IMG/VR virus record: IMGVR_UViG_3300023178_000030 | Span: 1 to 64,000 of that record | DNA: 64,000 bases | Reading direction: 5' to 3' (one strand) | DNA from: a virus | In this document: positions 39,122-49,256 of the stretch, in pieces | How positions within the stretch are numbered: position 1 is the first letter of the stretch | Layout: every line of letters starts with the position of its first letter | Translations under genes and position numbers: made by a program | The notes under the pieces: model-generated | What the model was told of the DNA's origin: nothing | Databases searched by the model: none | The model's input: the letters and a program-made list of their open reading frames with translations, nothing else

Positions 39122-39385
39122 ATGAAAAAAATAACAAAAAAAATGAGTGAACTAGGTGGTTGGATAGGTATGATATTGATTCATAGTGCAACATTACCAA
39201 CATCAGTTAGTGTAATATTAGGTAAATCAACTAACTTACCACCACTTAACATGGTATTGTTAATATGGACTGGATTGTTCTTATTTTTATTAAGAGCCAT
39301 TCAGAGAAAAGATACATTATACATTGTATCAAATTCTGTTGGATTTTTCTTCAACACAATTTTATTATCATTAATCGTTTACTAA
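39122..39385 (+). CDS. Small three-helix membrane protein
   Basis: Three hydrophobic segments. Confidence 0.65.
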   Translation: MKKITKKMSELGGWIGMILIHSATLPTSVSVILGKSTNLPPLNMVLLIWTGLFLFLLRAIQRKDTLYIVSNSVGFFFNTILLSLIVY

Positions 39386-39396
39386 AGGAGAGAGAT

Positions 39397-39585
39397 ATGT
39401 TACCAATTATACCAGAAAGACTTATTGGAATAGATAAAAATTTTGTTGCATACAAATATATTGCAGATGCAATTAAGTTGTTAGAACAACAAATTAAAAA
39501 AGAATCTGATCCTGAAAAAAAGAAAAATTATATTTTTCAACAATCAGAGTTAGATAAATTTCTTAACAAAGAATTTCCATACTAG
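39397..39585 (+). CDS. Hypothetical protein
   Basis: SD AAGGAG before MLPIIPER. Confidence 0.6.
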   Translation: MLPIIPERLIGIDKNFVAYKYIADAIKLLEQQIKKESDPEKKKNYIFQQSELDKFLNKEFPY

Positions 39586-39593
39586 GAGTTATC

Positions 39594-39734
39594 ATGTTAA
39601 AATTTATTGTAGGTATTTTAATTGGTATCACTATCTCAACAAACTATCCATCTGTTGGTAGTGATTTGGCAAATGTGTTTTATAATCTTTTTAATGAAAT
39701 AAAAGAAGATTTAGAGATAGAGGAGAATGTATAA
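39594..39734 (+). CDS. Small membrane-anchored protein (46 aa; not in ORF track)
   Basis: SD AGGAG then MLKFIVGILIGITI... Confidence 0.55.
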   Translation: MLKFIVGILIGITISTNYPSVGSDLANVFYNLFNEIKEDLEIEENV

Positions 39735-39988
39735 TGTTTCTAGTAAAAATGGAATTAACATCAATTAAGGGTAAAGAAACTTTTTATCAATATTTTACTA
39801 TTAGTAGAAAAATTTCTGACGAAGAAATTATTAAAGTAATTTATGATGATAGAGTTACAATGGATTTTGAATCTTATATTCTCAATAATAAATTTAGAAT
39901 TAATGTTGCAAGGGTTGACAAAGTACATGGCAATGATGTACACTATCTAAATAGATATGGAGTTATAGAGGGTTCAAAAATATGTTAA
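39734..39988 (+). CDS. Hypothetical protein
   Basis: SD GAGGAG; coupled ORF. Confidence 0.6.
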   Translation: MFLVKMELTSIKGKETFYQYFTISRKISDEEIIKVIYDDRVTMDFESYILNNKFRINVARVDKVHGNDVHYLNRYGVIEGSKIC

Positions 39989-40494
39989 AAGAATTAATAC
40001 TATCAACATTGTTGTATACACCTGTTGTAGATTCTGATGACTTGCATAAAGAAATATCTTGCATGACACATAATGTATATCATGAGGCTAGAAATCAAGG
40101 AACGGCAGGTAGACTTGCAGTTATGGCTGTAACAATCAATAGAGTAAATGACGAAAGATTTCCAAATACAATTTGTGATGTCGTTTACGAAGGTGAACAT
40201 AGAAAACACCCAACAGAAGATAGATTGAAACCTATTATTAATAGATGTCAGTTTAGTTGGTATTGTGATGGTTTACCTGACAGTATAAAGTATCCACAAA
40301 TCTGGCATGAGATTTACACACTTGCAGAAAAAGTAGTTGAAGGTGAATACAGAGTTCCTGACATTACTGATGGTGCAACACACTATCATGCAGATTATGT
40401 TTACCCATCTTGGGCAGATACTAAAACAAAAACTATTGAAATACAAGATCATATTTTTTATCGTTGGGAACAAAATACTAAAAAAGATTTTTGA
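39982..40494 (+). CDS. Cell wall hydrolase (SleB/Hydrolase_2)
   Basis: NVYHEAR, V.INRV...FPNTIC.VV, CQFSWYCDG, GATHYH. Confidence 0.9.
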   Translation: MLKELILSTLLYTPVVDSDDLHKEISCMTHNVYHEARNQGTAGRLAVMAVTINRVNDERFPNTICDVVYEGEHRKHPTEDRLKPIINRCQFSWYCDGLPDSIKYPQIWHEIYTLAEKVVEGEYRVPDITDGATHYHADYVYPSWADTKTKTIEIQDHIFYRWEQNTKKDF

Positions 40495-40520
40495 AATATT
40501 AATTGAAATGAGAGGTAAGT

Positions 40521-40859
40521 ATGAGTGAATCAAATTGTTACTTTACAAGGTCAAATTATTTTGGGCCAAGAAATAAGTCAGGATATCATTATTATATAAC
40601 TGAATGTAATTGTAGAAATAAACATGAAATTGGTGAGTTAAATCTTGCTGGAAAAAATTATCTCTACAAAAACAAAAAAGGTAAAATTGTTGTTGGTTAT
40701 CATTCTTTTACAAATGATGGTGAAGAAAATCCATTATATAAAAAAATTGCAAAAATACAGTATGATGTTTTTAAAAAAATATTTAAAGGTGATAAAAGTT
40801 TTTTGGCTACAAAACCTTTTTATGAAAAAGTTGATGAATTAGTTAGAGAGAAGATATGA
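40521..40859 (+). CDS. Hypothetical protein
   Basis: SD GAGG. Confidence 0.6.
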   Translation: MSESNCYFTRSNYFGPRNKSGYHYYITECNCRNKHEIGELNLAGKNYLYKNKKGKIVVGYHSFTNDGEENPLYKKIAKIQYDVFKKIFKGDKSFLATKPFYEKVDELVREKI

Positions 40860-41413
40860 ATTATTTTATATTAGATGAAGATATTAGAAAAGCCGCACAG
40901 TATCATTTAGATAAACACATTGTAAAGATGCCTACTGAAACAATGCAGTTACTAGGAACTGCACATAGAATGATTGATGGTAATGTTTATGTCACTTGGA
41001 ACAAAAGAGGTGCAAGAATGACAAAGTATTATCTTAATGATGGTAGACAAGATATCATTTCTAAATGTGGTCATCACAAACATCCATGTCAAATATGGTT
41101 ACAAGAATCAGCAGATAACTACGATTGGTTGTTTGAATTTATGTTAGAGTTATGTAAAGAATACACATATCGTTATGGAAAGATTCATGGTGTAGAAAAG
41201 AAATCTTATCTATATAAAGATGCACCAAAGAATTTACCTAGAATTGGTTTGACACCATTTAAGATTGCAATACAACATCAAGACATCAAAGACGAATTTG
41301 CAATACATAAAAATGTTGTTAAAGCTTACAGAGAATACTATATATTATATAAGAAACATATTGCAAAGTGGACTAAAAGGCAAATACCAAACTGGTTTAT
41401 ACCACAGACATAG
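40856..41413 (+). CDS. Pyrimidine-dimer DNA glycosylase (DenV-like) family protein
   Basis: MN.F.LD...A..H.DKHIVKM..E..Q.L; HPC..W; EYT.RYGK.H. Confidence 0.75.
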   Translation: MNYFILDEDIRKAAQYHLDKHIVKMPTETMQLLGTAHRMIDGNVYVTWNKRGARMTKYYLNDGRQDIISKCGHHKHPCQIWLQESADNYDWLFEFMLELCKEYTYRYGKIHGVEKKSYLYKDAPKNLPRIGLTPFKIAIQHQDIKDEFAIHKNVVKAYREYYILYKKHIAKWTKRQIPNWFIPQT

Positions 41414-41422
41414 GAGAATACT

Positions 41423-41596
41423 ATGAAAGTAATAACTCAAGAGGAAATTTTTAGAAAAGAAATTGCAAGTTTAAATAAACAATATTATGATGCACTCAAA
41501 CGAATTAAACAGTTAACAAAAGAGAATCATGATTTAAAACACAATATAATTCGTTCAAGGAAGAAAGGAAAAAATGCCGACTTACAAATTTTATGA
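41423..41596 (+). CDS. Small coiled-coil protein (57 aa; not in ORF track)
   Basis: SD AGGAG then MKVITQEEIFRKEI... Confidence 0.55.
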   Translation: MKVITQEEIFRKEIASLNKQYYDALKRIKQLTKENHDLKHNIIRSRKKGKNADLQIL

Positions 41597-41885
41597 TTCA
41601 GAAACAAAAGAAACATTTGAAGACTTTCTATCAATATCTACTAAAGACGAATTGTTAGAAAAGAATCCACACATAAAACAATTACCAACATCTTTTGGTA
41701 TTGTATCAGGTGTGGGTACAATACAAGGTAAAACTTCCCAAGGATTTAAAGAAGTCTTATCTAAAATATCAGAAGCACATCCTGATAGTCCACTTGCACA
41801 ATCACATGGTACTAATAAAAGTATTAAAGATATAAAAACTCAAGCAGTTTTAAACAAACATAGAAAGAAATGGAAGAATCAATAA
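41574..41885 (+). CDS. FmdB-like conserved phage protein
   Basis: MPTY.F N-terminus; GFKEVLSKI..AHP. Confidence 0.65.
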   Translation: MPTYKFYDSETKETFEDFLSISTKDELLEKNPHIKQLPTSFGIVSGVGTIQGKTSQGFKEVLSKISEAHPDSPLAQSHGTNKSIKDIKTQAVLNKHRKKWKNQ

Positions 41886-41886
41886 C

Positions 41887-41973
41887 AGAGAGGACAATCG
41901 AGATTTACTTCAGCACCCTCAACTAGAGAAAGTAAGCTGTGAAGCCTCTCCGATTATGTCCTCTCTCTTTTTT
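41887..41973 (+). ncRNA. Candidate structured RNA / attenuator upstream of phoH
   Basis: AGAGAGGACAATCG pairs with CGATTATGTCCTCTCT; inner helices; T-tract follows. Confidence 0.45.
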
Positions 41974-41991
41974 AAAGGAAGTATAATATAA

Positions 41992-42690
41992 ATGGCAAAA
42001 GCAAAAGATATAAAACTAGATCAAATGGTTACAGTTAAACCAATAACTGATAATCAAAAATTAGCATTTGAATCATACGAAGAAGGTAAAAACTTATTTC
42101 TGTATGGTGCGGCTGGAACTGGTAAAACATTTGTATCATTGTATCTTGCATTACAAGATGTATTAAGTTATGATAACAATTACGAATGTGTTTATCTGGT
42201 TCGTAGTGCAGTACCTACAAGAGAAATAGGATTCTTGCCTGGCGATGAAGAAGATAAAACTGCATTATTTCAGATACCATATCAAAACATGGTACGATTT
42301 ATGTTTGAACAACCAAACGAAATTGCATTTATGCAGTTATATGATAGATTAAAAAATCAAGGAAGTCTTTATTTTTTGACTACATCATTCTTAAGAGGTA
42401 TTACATTAGACAATGCAATAATTATTGTAGATGAATGTCAGAATCTAAACTTCCACGAATTGGATTCTATAACAACTAGAGTTGGACAAGACAGTAAAAT
42501 AATATTCTGTGGAGATTTCTTTCAATCAGATTTAACAAAACAAAGTGATAGAGATGGAATGTCTAGATTTTTAAGAATATTAGAATCAATGGAACAATTT
42601 GAAAACATTGAATTTTCAGTTGGCGATATCGTTCGCTCTGGATTTGTAAGAGATTATTTAATTAACAAAATAAAATTAGGAATAGAATAA
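41992..42690 (+). CDS. phoH: PhoH-like ATPase
   Basis: GAAGTGKT, IGFLPG, SFLRG.T, IVDECQN, GD..QSDL, DIVRS. Confidence 0.95.
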   Translation: MAKAKDIKLDQMVTVKPITDNQKLAFESYEEGKNLFLYGAAGTGKTFVSLYLALQDVLSYDNNYECVYLVRSAVPTREIGFLPGDEEDKTALFQIPYQNMVRFMFEQPNEIAFMQLYDRLKNQGSLYFLTTSFLRGITLDNAIIIVDECQNLNFHELDSITTRVGQDSKIIFCGDFFQSDLTKQSDRDGMSRFLRILESMEQFENIEFSVGDIVRSGFVRDYLINKIKLGIE

Positions 42691-42839
42691 TGGCTAGATT
42701 GCGATTTGATAAAAGTGTTTTTGAAACAAGATCAAGATTTAAAAAGACAGGTCAAGGTTCAAGTAGAAGAACATCACTACAAATGATGAATAAAAGTAAA
42801 AGAAAAAGTTTTAAAGCTTATAGAGGTCAAGGTAGATAA
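42690..42839 (+). CDS. Small basic protein ending YRGQGR (49 aa; not in ORF track)
   Basis: MARLRF...KKTGQG...KAYRGQGR*; TAATG coupling. Confidence 0.65.
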   Translation: MARLRFDKSVFETRSRFKKTGQGSSRRTSLQMMNKSKRKSFKAYRGQGR

Positions 42840-42903
42840 TTTACTTGACAAAACTACAATATATTTGATATAATTTATATAATTTAATAAAGGTGAATAC
42901 ATT

Positions 42904-43575
42904 ATGTTTACACACAAAACATTTGAGTTACAAGATTTACAAACTAAAAACATAGATGGTAAAAGATTCTATGTCACACCAGATGATGAGTATTATCCAT
43001 CAATCACAACTGTTTTAAGTCCAAGAAAATCTAAAGGTTTACAAGAATGGCGTGATAGAGTCGGTCCTCAAGTTGCATCTTATATTTCAAGAACAGCTGC
43101 TAGACGAGGTACACAAGTACATTCTATCTGTGAAGATTTTCTAAACAACAAATCAATTGAACATCATAAAGAAAACTTTCTTGCATGGTGTTTATTCAAT
43201 CAATTAAAAGAAACCCTTACAAGTCGTATAAATAGTATACACGCACAAGAATGTGCGTTATATAGCACCAAGTACAGGGTCGCAGGTAGAGTTGATTGTA
43301 TTGCAGAATATAATAATGAGTTATCAATAATTGACTTTAAAACTTCTAGAAGTTCTAGAAATGATGAATACAATTTAGATTATTATTTACAAGCTACTGC
43401 ATATGCAGAAATGTGGGAAGAAAGAACAGGTCAACCTATCAATCAAATCGTGATTCTTGTAGTAACAGAAAACGGAGAGGTTCAAGAATTTGTAAAAGAT
43501 AAAACTGAATATATACCACAACTTCTCCAGGCGATTGATGACTTTACTGTACAATGGGAAAAGGAGAAAGTATAA
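42904..43575 (+). CDS. PD-(D/E)xK exonuclease (Cas4/lambda-exo-like)
   Basis: YPSITTVL, RGT.VH, AGRVDC, IIDFKTS; promoter TTGACA 42845/TATAAT 42869. Confidence 0.88.
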   Translation: MFTHKTFELQDLQTKNIDGKRFYVTPDDEYYPSITTVLSPRKSKGLQEWRDRVGPQVASYISRTAARRGTQVHSICEDFLNNKSIEHHKENFLAWCLFNQLKETLTSRINSIHAQECALYSTKYRVAGRVDCIAEYNNELSIIDFKTSRSSRNDEYNLDYYLQATAYAEMWEERTGQPINQIVILVVTENGEVQEFVKDKTEYIPQLLQAIDDFTVQWEKEKV

Positions 43576-43805
43576 TGGGTATGTCCAGAACGCAACAAGC
43601 TTTAGAAGAATTAAAAGTTAAAGATATTAATTCCTACGAAGCACTTAAACATCTATGGGTAGATTCTTTTAAAGGTGAATTCAATCATAAAGATGTAGAA
43701 GAATTTGTGGAAAAATACAAATTACTTGAACATGATGATATGGAAACAAAACATATCATTGAATCGATTATTAGAAGCATACATGGAGTGGTAGGTGTAC
43801 AATGA
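43554..43805 (+). CDS. Hypothetical protein (start may be 43575)
   Basis: ORF between the exonuclease and gp33. Confidence 0.55.
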   Translation: MGKGESIMGMSRTQQALEELKVKDINSYEALKHLWVDSFKGEFNHKDVEEFVEKYKLLEHDDMETKHIIESIIRSIHGVVGVQ

Positions 43806-44035
43806 AACTTGAAGAATTAACTGTTATGACACCAAAGAAGTTTTCTATACTAATTGAAGATTTAGTAAAGAAAGATAAAATATCCTACATGGATGCGATT
43901 GTTCATTATTGTCAGGTGAAAAAAATGGAGCCAGAGGCAATCAAACCTCTGGTTTCCAAACCTCTTAAAGAAAAACTCGAAGCAGACGCAAGAAGATTAA
44001 ATTACTTACCAAAAATATCACAACTACCAATTTGA
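43802..44035 (+). CDS. gp33: Late transcription coactivator gp33
   Basis: FS..IE..V...ISYMDAIV.YC...LKEKL..A..LNYL. Confidence 0.88.
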   Translation: MKLEELTVMTPKKFSILIEDLVKKDKISYMDAIVHYCQVKKMEPEAIKPLVSKPLKEKLEADARRLNYLPKISQLPI

Positions 44036-44041
44036 AAAATT

Positions 44042-44635
44042 ATGTACAATATTATGGAGCCGTGGGAAGCATATAAGATTTATCTAGGATTGAAATTACA
44101 TTTCAATTCAGACTATGACTATCAAAGATATGGTGGTAAATCTAGAGCATCAAAACAATCATTTTTAAATAGAAAAGACAGAAGTTTCTTCGCTCGTGTT
44201 GCAAGAAAGTATAAAGATTCTGTTAAAGATTTTTTTATTGCAAATTTTTTAGTAAATCAAAAAGGTTGGATTGGTAACTTTAATGATTTAAATTATACTG
44301 AATGGAATAAAAGAAAACAATCTTTAACATATACATTCAACAATGAGATGACTTCACTATGTCAACTTGAAAATAATTTTGATGACATTTTTAAAATAGA
44401 AAATAATACACACCCAATAATTATAAAAGAATTTTTAGCGAAACGAGTTAGTATAGAAACATTAATTATTTTACAAGACTTGGTAAACTATATAAAAGAT
44501 TTTGATAAAAAATTATCTGATGATTTGGTATGGCCAGACATAAGACGATTGATTGTCAAATACTCGGTGTTTTTGAATATTGATATTCAAAAATGTAAGA
44601 TTAACCTTTTGAAGATTATAAAGGAAAATTTATAA
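44042..44635 (+). CDS. gp59: Helicase loader gp59
   Basis: YKIYLGLKLHF..YDY..YGGK; synteny 33-59-32. Confidence 0.88.
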   Translation: MYNIMEPWEAYKIYLGLKLHFNSDYDYQRYGGKSRASKQSFLNRKDRSFFARVARKYKDSVKDFFIANFLVNQKGWIGNFNDLNYTEWNKRKQSLTYTFNNEMTSLCQLENNFDDIFKIENNTHPIIIKEFLAKRVSIETLIILQDLVNYIKDFDKKLSDDLVWPDIRRLIVKYSVFLNIDIQKCKINLLKIIKENL

Positions 44636-44820
44636 TGTCAAATGAAGAAACGATAAGAGAAGCAGGTTTTTATCTTTCCCAAATCGACAAACTTCAAGCT
44701 CGTGTCAAGTCATTAGAATTTGACAATGCAGAACTGCAAAAACGAGATGCAGAAGTTACGAAGAAGATTCAGGAATTTACAAAAACTGCTTTCTTCAAGT
44801 ACAGGAACAAGAGGGGTTGA
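44635..44820 (+). CDS. Small coiled-coil protein
   Basis: Coupled ORF followed by a terminator. Confidence 0.55.
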   Translation: MSNEETIREAGFYLSQIDKLQARVKSLEFDNAELQKRDAEVTKKIQEFTKTAFFKYRNKRG

Positions 44821-44835
44821 CCCTCTCTTGTTTTT
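44806..44835 (+). terminator. Rho-independent terminator
   Basis: AACAAGAGGGG-TTGA-CCCTCTCTTGTT followed by a T run. Confidence 0.7.
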
Positions 44836-44850
44836 AGAACAAGGATTATT

Positions 44851-45585
44851 ATGACTGCAAAATTAATATCATATTCACAATCACCATTACCCCTTCGCAA
44901 TAGTAATTACATTGAAGTATATAAACTAATATCTGATTTAGATGAAACACCAACAGACTTAATAGCTTATTGTGCAAGGGTATCAAATCCATCTAATCAA
45001 AACAATAAAGAAACAAGTGAAAAACTAATTCGATATTTAATTAAACATAAACATTTCTCACCATTTGAAATGATAAATGTATGTTTAGAAATAGAAACCA
45101 CAAGAGATATTGCACATCAAATAGTTAGACATAGAAGTTTTACATTTCAAGAATTTAGTCAAAGATATGCAGATTCAACTACTGCATTAGGTTTCACAAC
45201 TAGAGAAGCAAGACTGCAAGATGACAAGAATAGACAGAACTCTTTATTTTTAGATTTAACTGATGCAAAGAATATGAAGTTAGTAAGAGAATGGGAAGAA
45301 ATGCAACAACTAGTTATTTCTCAATCAGAAAGAACATACAAGTGGGCTATAGAAAATGGTATTGCAAAAGAACAAGCAAGAGTTGTTCTACCTGAAGGTT
45401 TAACAAAGACTAGAATCTATATGAATGGAACTATTCGTTCTTGGATACATTATATAGAATTAAGAAGTGGTCATGGTACACAAAAAGAACACATGGACAT
45501 TGCAAGAGAATGTGCAGTTGAAGTTGCAAAAGTATTTCCTATGATAAAAGAATTTGTAGAAGAAGATGTTATCAAAACAAAATAA
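44851..45585 (+). CDS. thyX: Flavin-dependent thymidylate synthase
   Basis: RHRSFTFQEFSQRY, H.SPFE, ARVVLP. Confidence 0.95.
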   Translation: MTAKLISYSQSPLPLRNSNYIEVYKLISDLDETPTDLIAYCARVSNPSNQNNKETSEKLIRYLIKHKHFSPFEMINVCLEIETTRDIAHQIVRHRSFTFQEFSQRYADSTTALGFTTREARLQDDKNRQNSLFLDLTDAKNMKLVREWEEMQQLVISQSERTYKWAIENGIAKEQARVVLPEGLTKTRIYMNGTIRSWIHYIELRSGHGTQKEHMDIARECAVEVAKVFPMIKEFVEEDVIKTK

Positions 45586-46384
45586 TGTTTATGTTTTAGG
45601 TAATGGTGAATCAAGAAAAAATATTGATGTAAATCATTTAAGAACACTTGGTAAAGTGTATGGCTGTAACGCAATCTATAGAGATACTAAAGTAGATGTT
45701 TTAGTATGTATTGATGATGGTATCAGTCACGAAGTTTATACTTCAGGTTATGCAAAAGATAATATTTGTTATCTAAAAGATTGGTCACCATTACCTGCCG
45801 AAATATTAAATAGTTTTGTTCATACTGATATGTTCAAAGACACAGAAGTTATTGAGAACGAAAGAGGTAACAAAGAATCATTTGTATTAAATGGTTGTGA
45901 TTCAAAAATGTATGACGAACTATTAGATGAAGGTTTGAAACTTGTATCAGATAAAGAAGATTTCAAAGTTAAAATGGGAAAGAAACAAACTTTTATAACA
46001 TGGTTAGAATTACAAGATAAAGTTAAAGATGTACCAAAAGAATATGAAGGTTGGAGTGCAGGCCCAATCGCAGTAAGAATTGCAGTAGAAAATGAGAAAC
46101 CTGATAATGTATTTTTATTAGGTTTTGATTTAAAAAGTAATGATGGTAAAATAAACAATCTGTACAAAGGAACAGATAATTATTATCCATCAGATTCAAA
46201 AGAAATTTATTCTGGTAATTGGATAAATCAACATTCAGAAAATTTTAAATTATTTCCTGATGTTAATTTTATTCGAGTAGTACCTGATGAAATAAATTCT
46301 AATGCAATATCAAGTGAAGTAGATGAATGGAAACAATTTCAAAATATTCGTCATGCAACACTTGACAAATTTGAAAATTTATAG
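45566..46384 (+). CDS. Hypothetical protein (GNG.SR / LGFD family, glycosyltransferase/DUF115-like fold)
   Basis: VLGNGESR, YGCNAIYR, WSAG, LLGFD. Confidence 0.55.
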   Translation: MLSKQNNVYVLGNGESRKNIDVNHLRTLGKVYGCNAIYRDTKVDVLVCIDDGISHEVYTSGYAKDNICYLKDWSPLPAEILNSFVHTDMFKDTEVIENERGNKESFVLNGCDSKMYDELLDEGLKLVSDKEDFKVKMGKKQTFITWLELQDKVKDVPKEYEGWSAGPIAVRIAVENEKPDNVFLLGFDLKSNDGKINNLYKGTDNYYPSDSKEIYSGNWINQHSENFKLFPDVNFIRVVPDEINSNAISSEVDEWKQFQNIRHATLDKFENL

Positions 46385-46459
46385 TATTATAAATACTTTT
46401 AATATATTATGATTTTGTGAATAAAAAAATAAACATACGATTACATACGGAGAAAAATT

Positions 46460-47347
46460 ATGTCATTTGATACATTACGAAAGTCTAATTCTTTAGACAA
46501 ATTACTTGCTCAAGTAAAGAAAGACGAAACCCCAACAACAGAAAAAAAGTCTTATGTAGATGAAAGACTGTGGAAACCACAAGTTGATAAAGCTGGTAAC
46601 GGTTATGCAGTTATAAGATTTTTGCCTGCTGTTGAAGGTGAAGAAGTTCCTTGGGTTCAAGTTTGGAATCATGCATTTCAAGGCCCTACTGGACAATGGT
46701 ACATTGAGAACTCTCTCACTACTATTAAACAGAAAGACCCTGTATCTGAATACAACACTCAACTTTGGAATTCTGGAGTTGAAAGTGATAAAGAAATTGC
46801 AAGAAAGCAAAAAAGAAAATTGCAATACTATGCAAATATCTATGTTGTAGAAGATAAAACAAATCCTCAAAACGAAGGTAAAGTTTTCTTATACAAGTTT
46901 GGTAAAAAAATATTTGACAAACTTATGGAAGCTATGCAACCAGAGTTTGATGATGAAACACCAATTAATCCTTTTGACTTTTGGCAAGGTGCGAACTTTA
47001 AATTAAAGATTCGTAAAGTAGATGGTTATTGGAACTATGACAAGTCTAGTTTTGATGCACCAACTAAACTGAAAGAAAGTGATGACGAAATCGAAAAGGT
47101 TTGGAAGAATCAATATGCACTAAAAGATTTTTTAGATGCAAGTAATTTCAAGTCTTATGATGAGTTAAAGAAAAGGTTAGATGCAGTATTATCTGGAACT
47201 ACAGTTACTAAAAGAGCTGAACAAATGGTCACAGAAGATTCTGAAGATATACCAACTCTGAAAGAAACTGCACCTAAACAGAAATCTATTGCGAGTGAAG
47301 ATGATGATGATACTTTAGGTTACTTTGAACAACTTGCAAAAGAGTAA
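46460..47347 (+). CDS. gp32: Single-stranded DNA-binding protein gp32
   Basis: DERLWKP, GNGYAVIRFLP, GKKIFDK, acidic tail. Confidence 0.97.
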   Translation: MSFDTLRKSNSLDKLLAQVKKDETPTTEKKSYVDERLWKPQVDKAGNGYAVIRFLPAVEGEEVPWVQVWNHAFQGPTGQWYIENSLTTIKQKDPVSEYNTQLWNSGVESDKEIARKQKRKLQYYANIYVVEDKTNPQNEGKVFLYKFGKKIFDKLMEAMQPEFDDETPINPFDFWQGANFKLKIRKVDGYWNYDKSSFDAPTKLKESDDEIEKVWKNQYALKDFLDASNFKSYDELKKRLDAVLSGTTVTKRAEQMVTEDSEDIPTLKETAPKQKSIASEDDDDTLGYFEQLAKE

Positions 47348-47374
47348 AAACTTCAACCCCAACTGAAGTTTTAT

Positions 47375-47401
47375 GAGACCCTCGAAAGAGGGTCTTTTTT
47401 T
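47375..47401. terminator. Rho-independent terminator between convergent blocks
   Basis: GAGACCCTC-GAAA-GAGGGTCT followed by a T run. Confidence 0.85.
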
Positions 47402-49253
47402 ATTGATTATGAACTAACTCTATATTATCATCATCAGAAAGCTTATCAACTCTTAAAAGATTTACTGGATGAGTAACACTTTGGTCGATATTATTAGTAG
47501 TAACAACCATATCACCTTGACCACTAGCACTTCTATCTTTTGCAGATAATTCTTCTACTTCAGCTGTTGCTTGTGTAAGTGTAGGATCGTCAGCTGAAAG
47601 TCTTTCACCTGATTTAGTAATTCCTGCAAACGCATAAACTTGATCAGGAATCGCTTCTGATATTGCTCTTTTAATAAATCCAAAAAATCCATCACCATCA
47701 CCAGATGATGTTGGTAAGATTGCTCTTAAAATCATTCTATAAAAATCTAAATATAAAGTACCTACACCTTTAAATAATGTTTTGATAAATCCTAATGGGC
47801 CACCTGTTCCATCACCAGTAAATGTTTCCTTGAGATAATCTACAAAATTAGTAATTAATCCAAGAAAATTTGTGAACATTTCTTTAACTTTATCTTTAAC
47901 CATAACACCAAAGTTTGTAAGTATTTCACCTAACTGGTCAAAAGCTGTTCCTGAAATAATCCAATCTGCAAAGTCAGAAAACGCTCCAAATATACCTGTA
48001 AACAAATTCATAATTTTATCTTTAATACTAAAACTTGCAAGCGATTCTTGTGCATTTTCAAATCCCATTTTTCCTAGAATCCAACCAATAACTTTTTTTA
48101 GTAAATCTAAAGGTATGCCAACTAGATTACCAAACAATTTGGCAAAACCACCACCAAGACCATCTAAAATTTTTGCAAGATCCGAATCACCTTTTGATTT
48201 CATAAAACCATCAATGAAACCAGTAACACTATCAAAGATAGCGATTGCTAATGTTATTGGAACAAAGATTTTTCCTAAAACTTGACCAAATGTTGTTGCA
48301 AAACTTTTTATCGTTGCAAATCCAGCTTTGAAACCATCCATAAGAGGTTTGAATAATTTGAATATTGAACTAAATAAACCTTTTATATAATTAAATACTT
48401 GTTTAACTTTACCACCAACTTTACTACCACTTCCTGTTATAAACTCCTTTACTATTCTAAATATGTCTACAAATGATTTTATTACATCATCAACAAAATT
48501 AACTAATAATCCAGTAAGTCCAGTAGTGAAAAAGGCTTTAATTGCAGTTATGGCTTTTGAATTTTTTATAATTCTACCTATTGTGCTAAAGAGAGATTTA
48601 AACGCATTAAATAAACCAGTACCAAGATTTTTAACACCTGACATAAGTTTCATGCCACCTAATGCTTTAAAAAGAACTTTTAATTCAAATAAAATCTGTG
48701 AAAATAATCCTGAAATTACAAATAGTGGTGCAAGTAAAGCACCTAAACCAAAACCAGCTGCCTTACCAACTCCTGCAAGTAATCCTTTAAAACCTTGAAC
48801 TGTTACTTTATATAATGCTTCAAGTATAGATGTTTGTTTCTTTTGAGCTCTTTGATCTTCTCTTTTTTTCTCAACTTCAAATGCACTTGCAACTTTTTTA
48901 CCTGCGGCTTTTGTTGCATCAACAATTTTAGTACCGCCAGGTATTGCACCAGGCAATGATTTAAAAAATCCAGTTATTGGACTTATAATGTTTGTTGCAA
49001 CATCAGTAAGTTTCATATCTTTTGCAACACCTTTAAATCCTTGAATAATTGCAGAAGATTGTTTATTATTTTTTTCATTATCTTTTTTATCATCATCAGT
49101 TTTTTGATTAATTTCATCTATACTATCACCCATATAAACAATTGCGTGTGCAATCGCCTTAAGACCCATAGTGTGACGACCATCTCTACCAGCTTCACTT
49201 CTATTGTTAAATTTTAATTGTGTTATTACATCATCTAAAGTTGCACTTGCCAT
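47400..49253 (-). CDS. Tape-measure / baseplate-hub-like protein (gp29-like)
   Basis: Long amphipathic G/F-rich helical repeats; lies downstream of gp26/gp51. Confidence 0.6.
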   Translation of the reverse strand: MASATLDDVITQLKFNNRSEAGRDGRHTMGLKAIAHAIVYMGDSIDEINQKTDDDKKDNEKNNKQSSAIIQGFKGVAKDMKLTDVATNIISPITGFFKSLPGAIPGGTKIVDATKAAGKKVASAFEVEKKREDQRAQKKQTSILEALYKVTVQGFKGLLAGVGKAAGFGLGALLAPLFVISGLFSQILFELKVLFKALGGMKLMSGVKNLGTGLFNAFKSLFSTIGRIIKNSKAITAIKAFFTTGLTGLLVNFVDDVIKSFVDIFRIVKEFITGSGSKVGGKVKQVFNYIKGLFSSIFKLFKPLMDGFKAGFATIKSFATTFGQVLGKIFVPITLAIAIFDSVTGFIDGFMKSKGDSDLAKILDGLGGGFAKLFGNLVGIPLDLLKKVIGWILGKMGFENAQESLASFSIKDKIMNLFTGIFGAFSDFADWIISGTAFDQLGEILTNFGVMVKDKVKEMFTNFLGLITNFVDYLKETFTGDGTGGPLGFIKTLFKGVGTLYLDFYRMILRAILPTSSGDGDGFFGFIKRAISEAIPDQVYAFAGITKSGERLSADDPTLTQATAEVEELSAKDRSASGQGDMVVTTNNIDQSVTHPVNLLRVDKLSDDDNIELVHNQ

Positions 49254-49256
49254 TTA

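Noticed and set aside
42904-43575. Cas4-like nuclease as a sign of CRISPR
   Set aside because: No repeat-spacer array or other cas genes; this is the common T4-like exonuclease.
221-46870. Numerous - strand and alternative-frame ORFs in the track overlapping core genes
   Set aside because: They are shadow ORFs of well-supported + strand genes, with no RBS or motifs.
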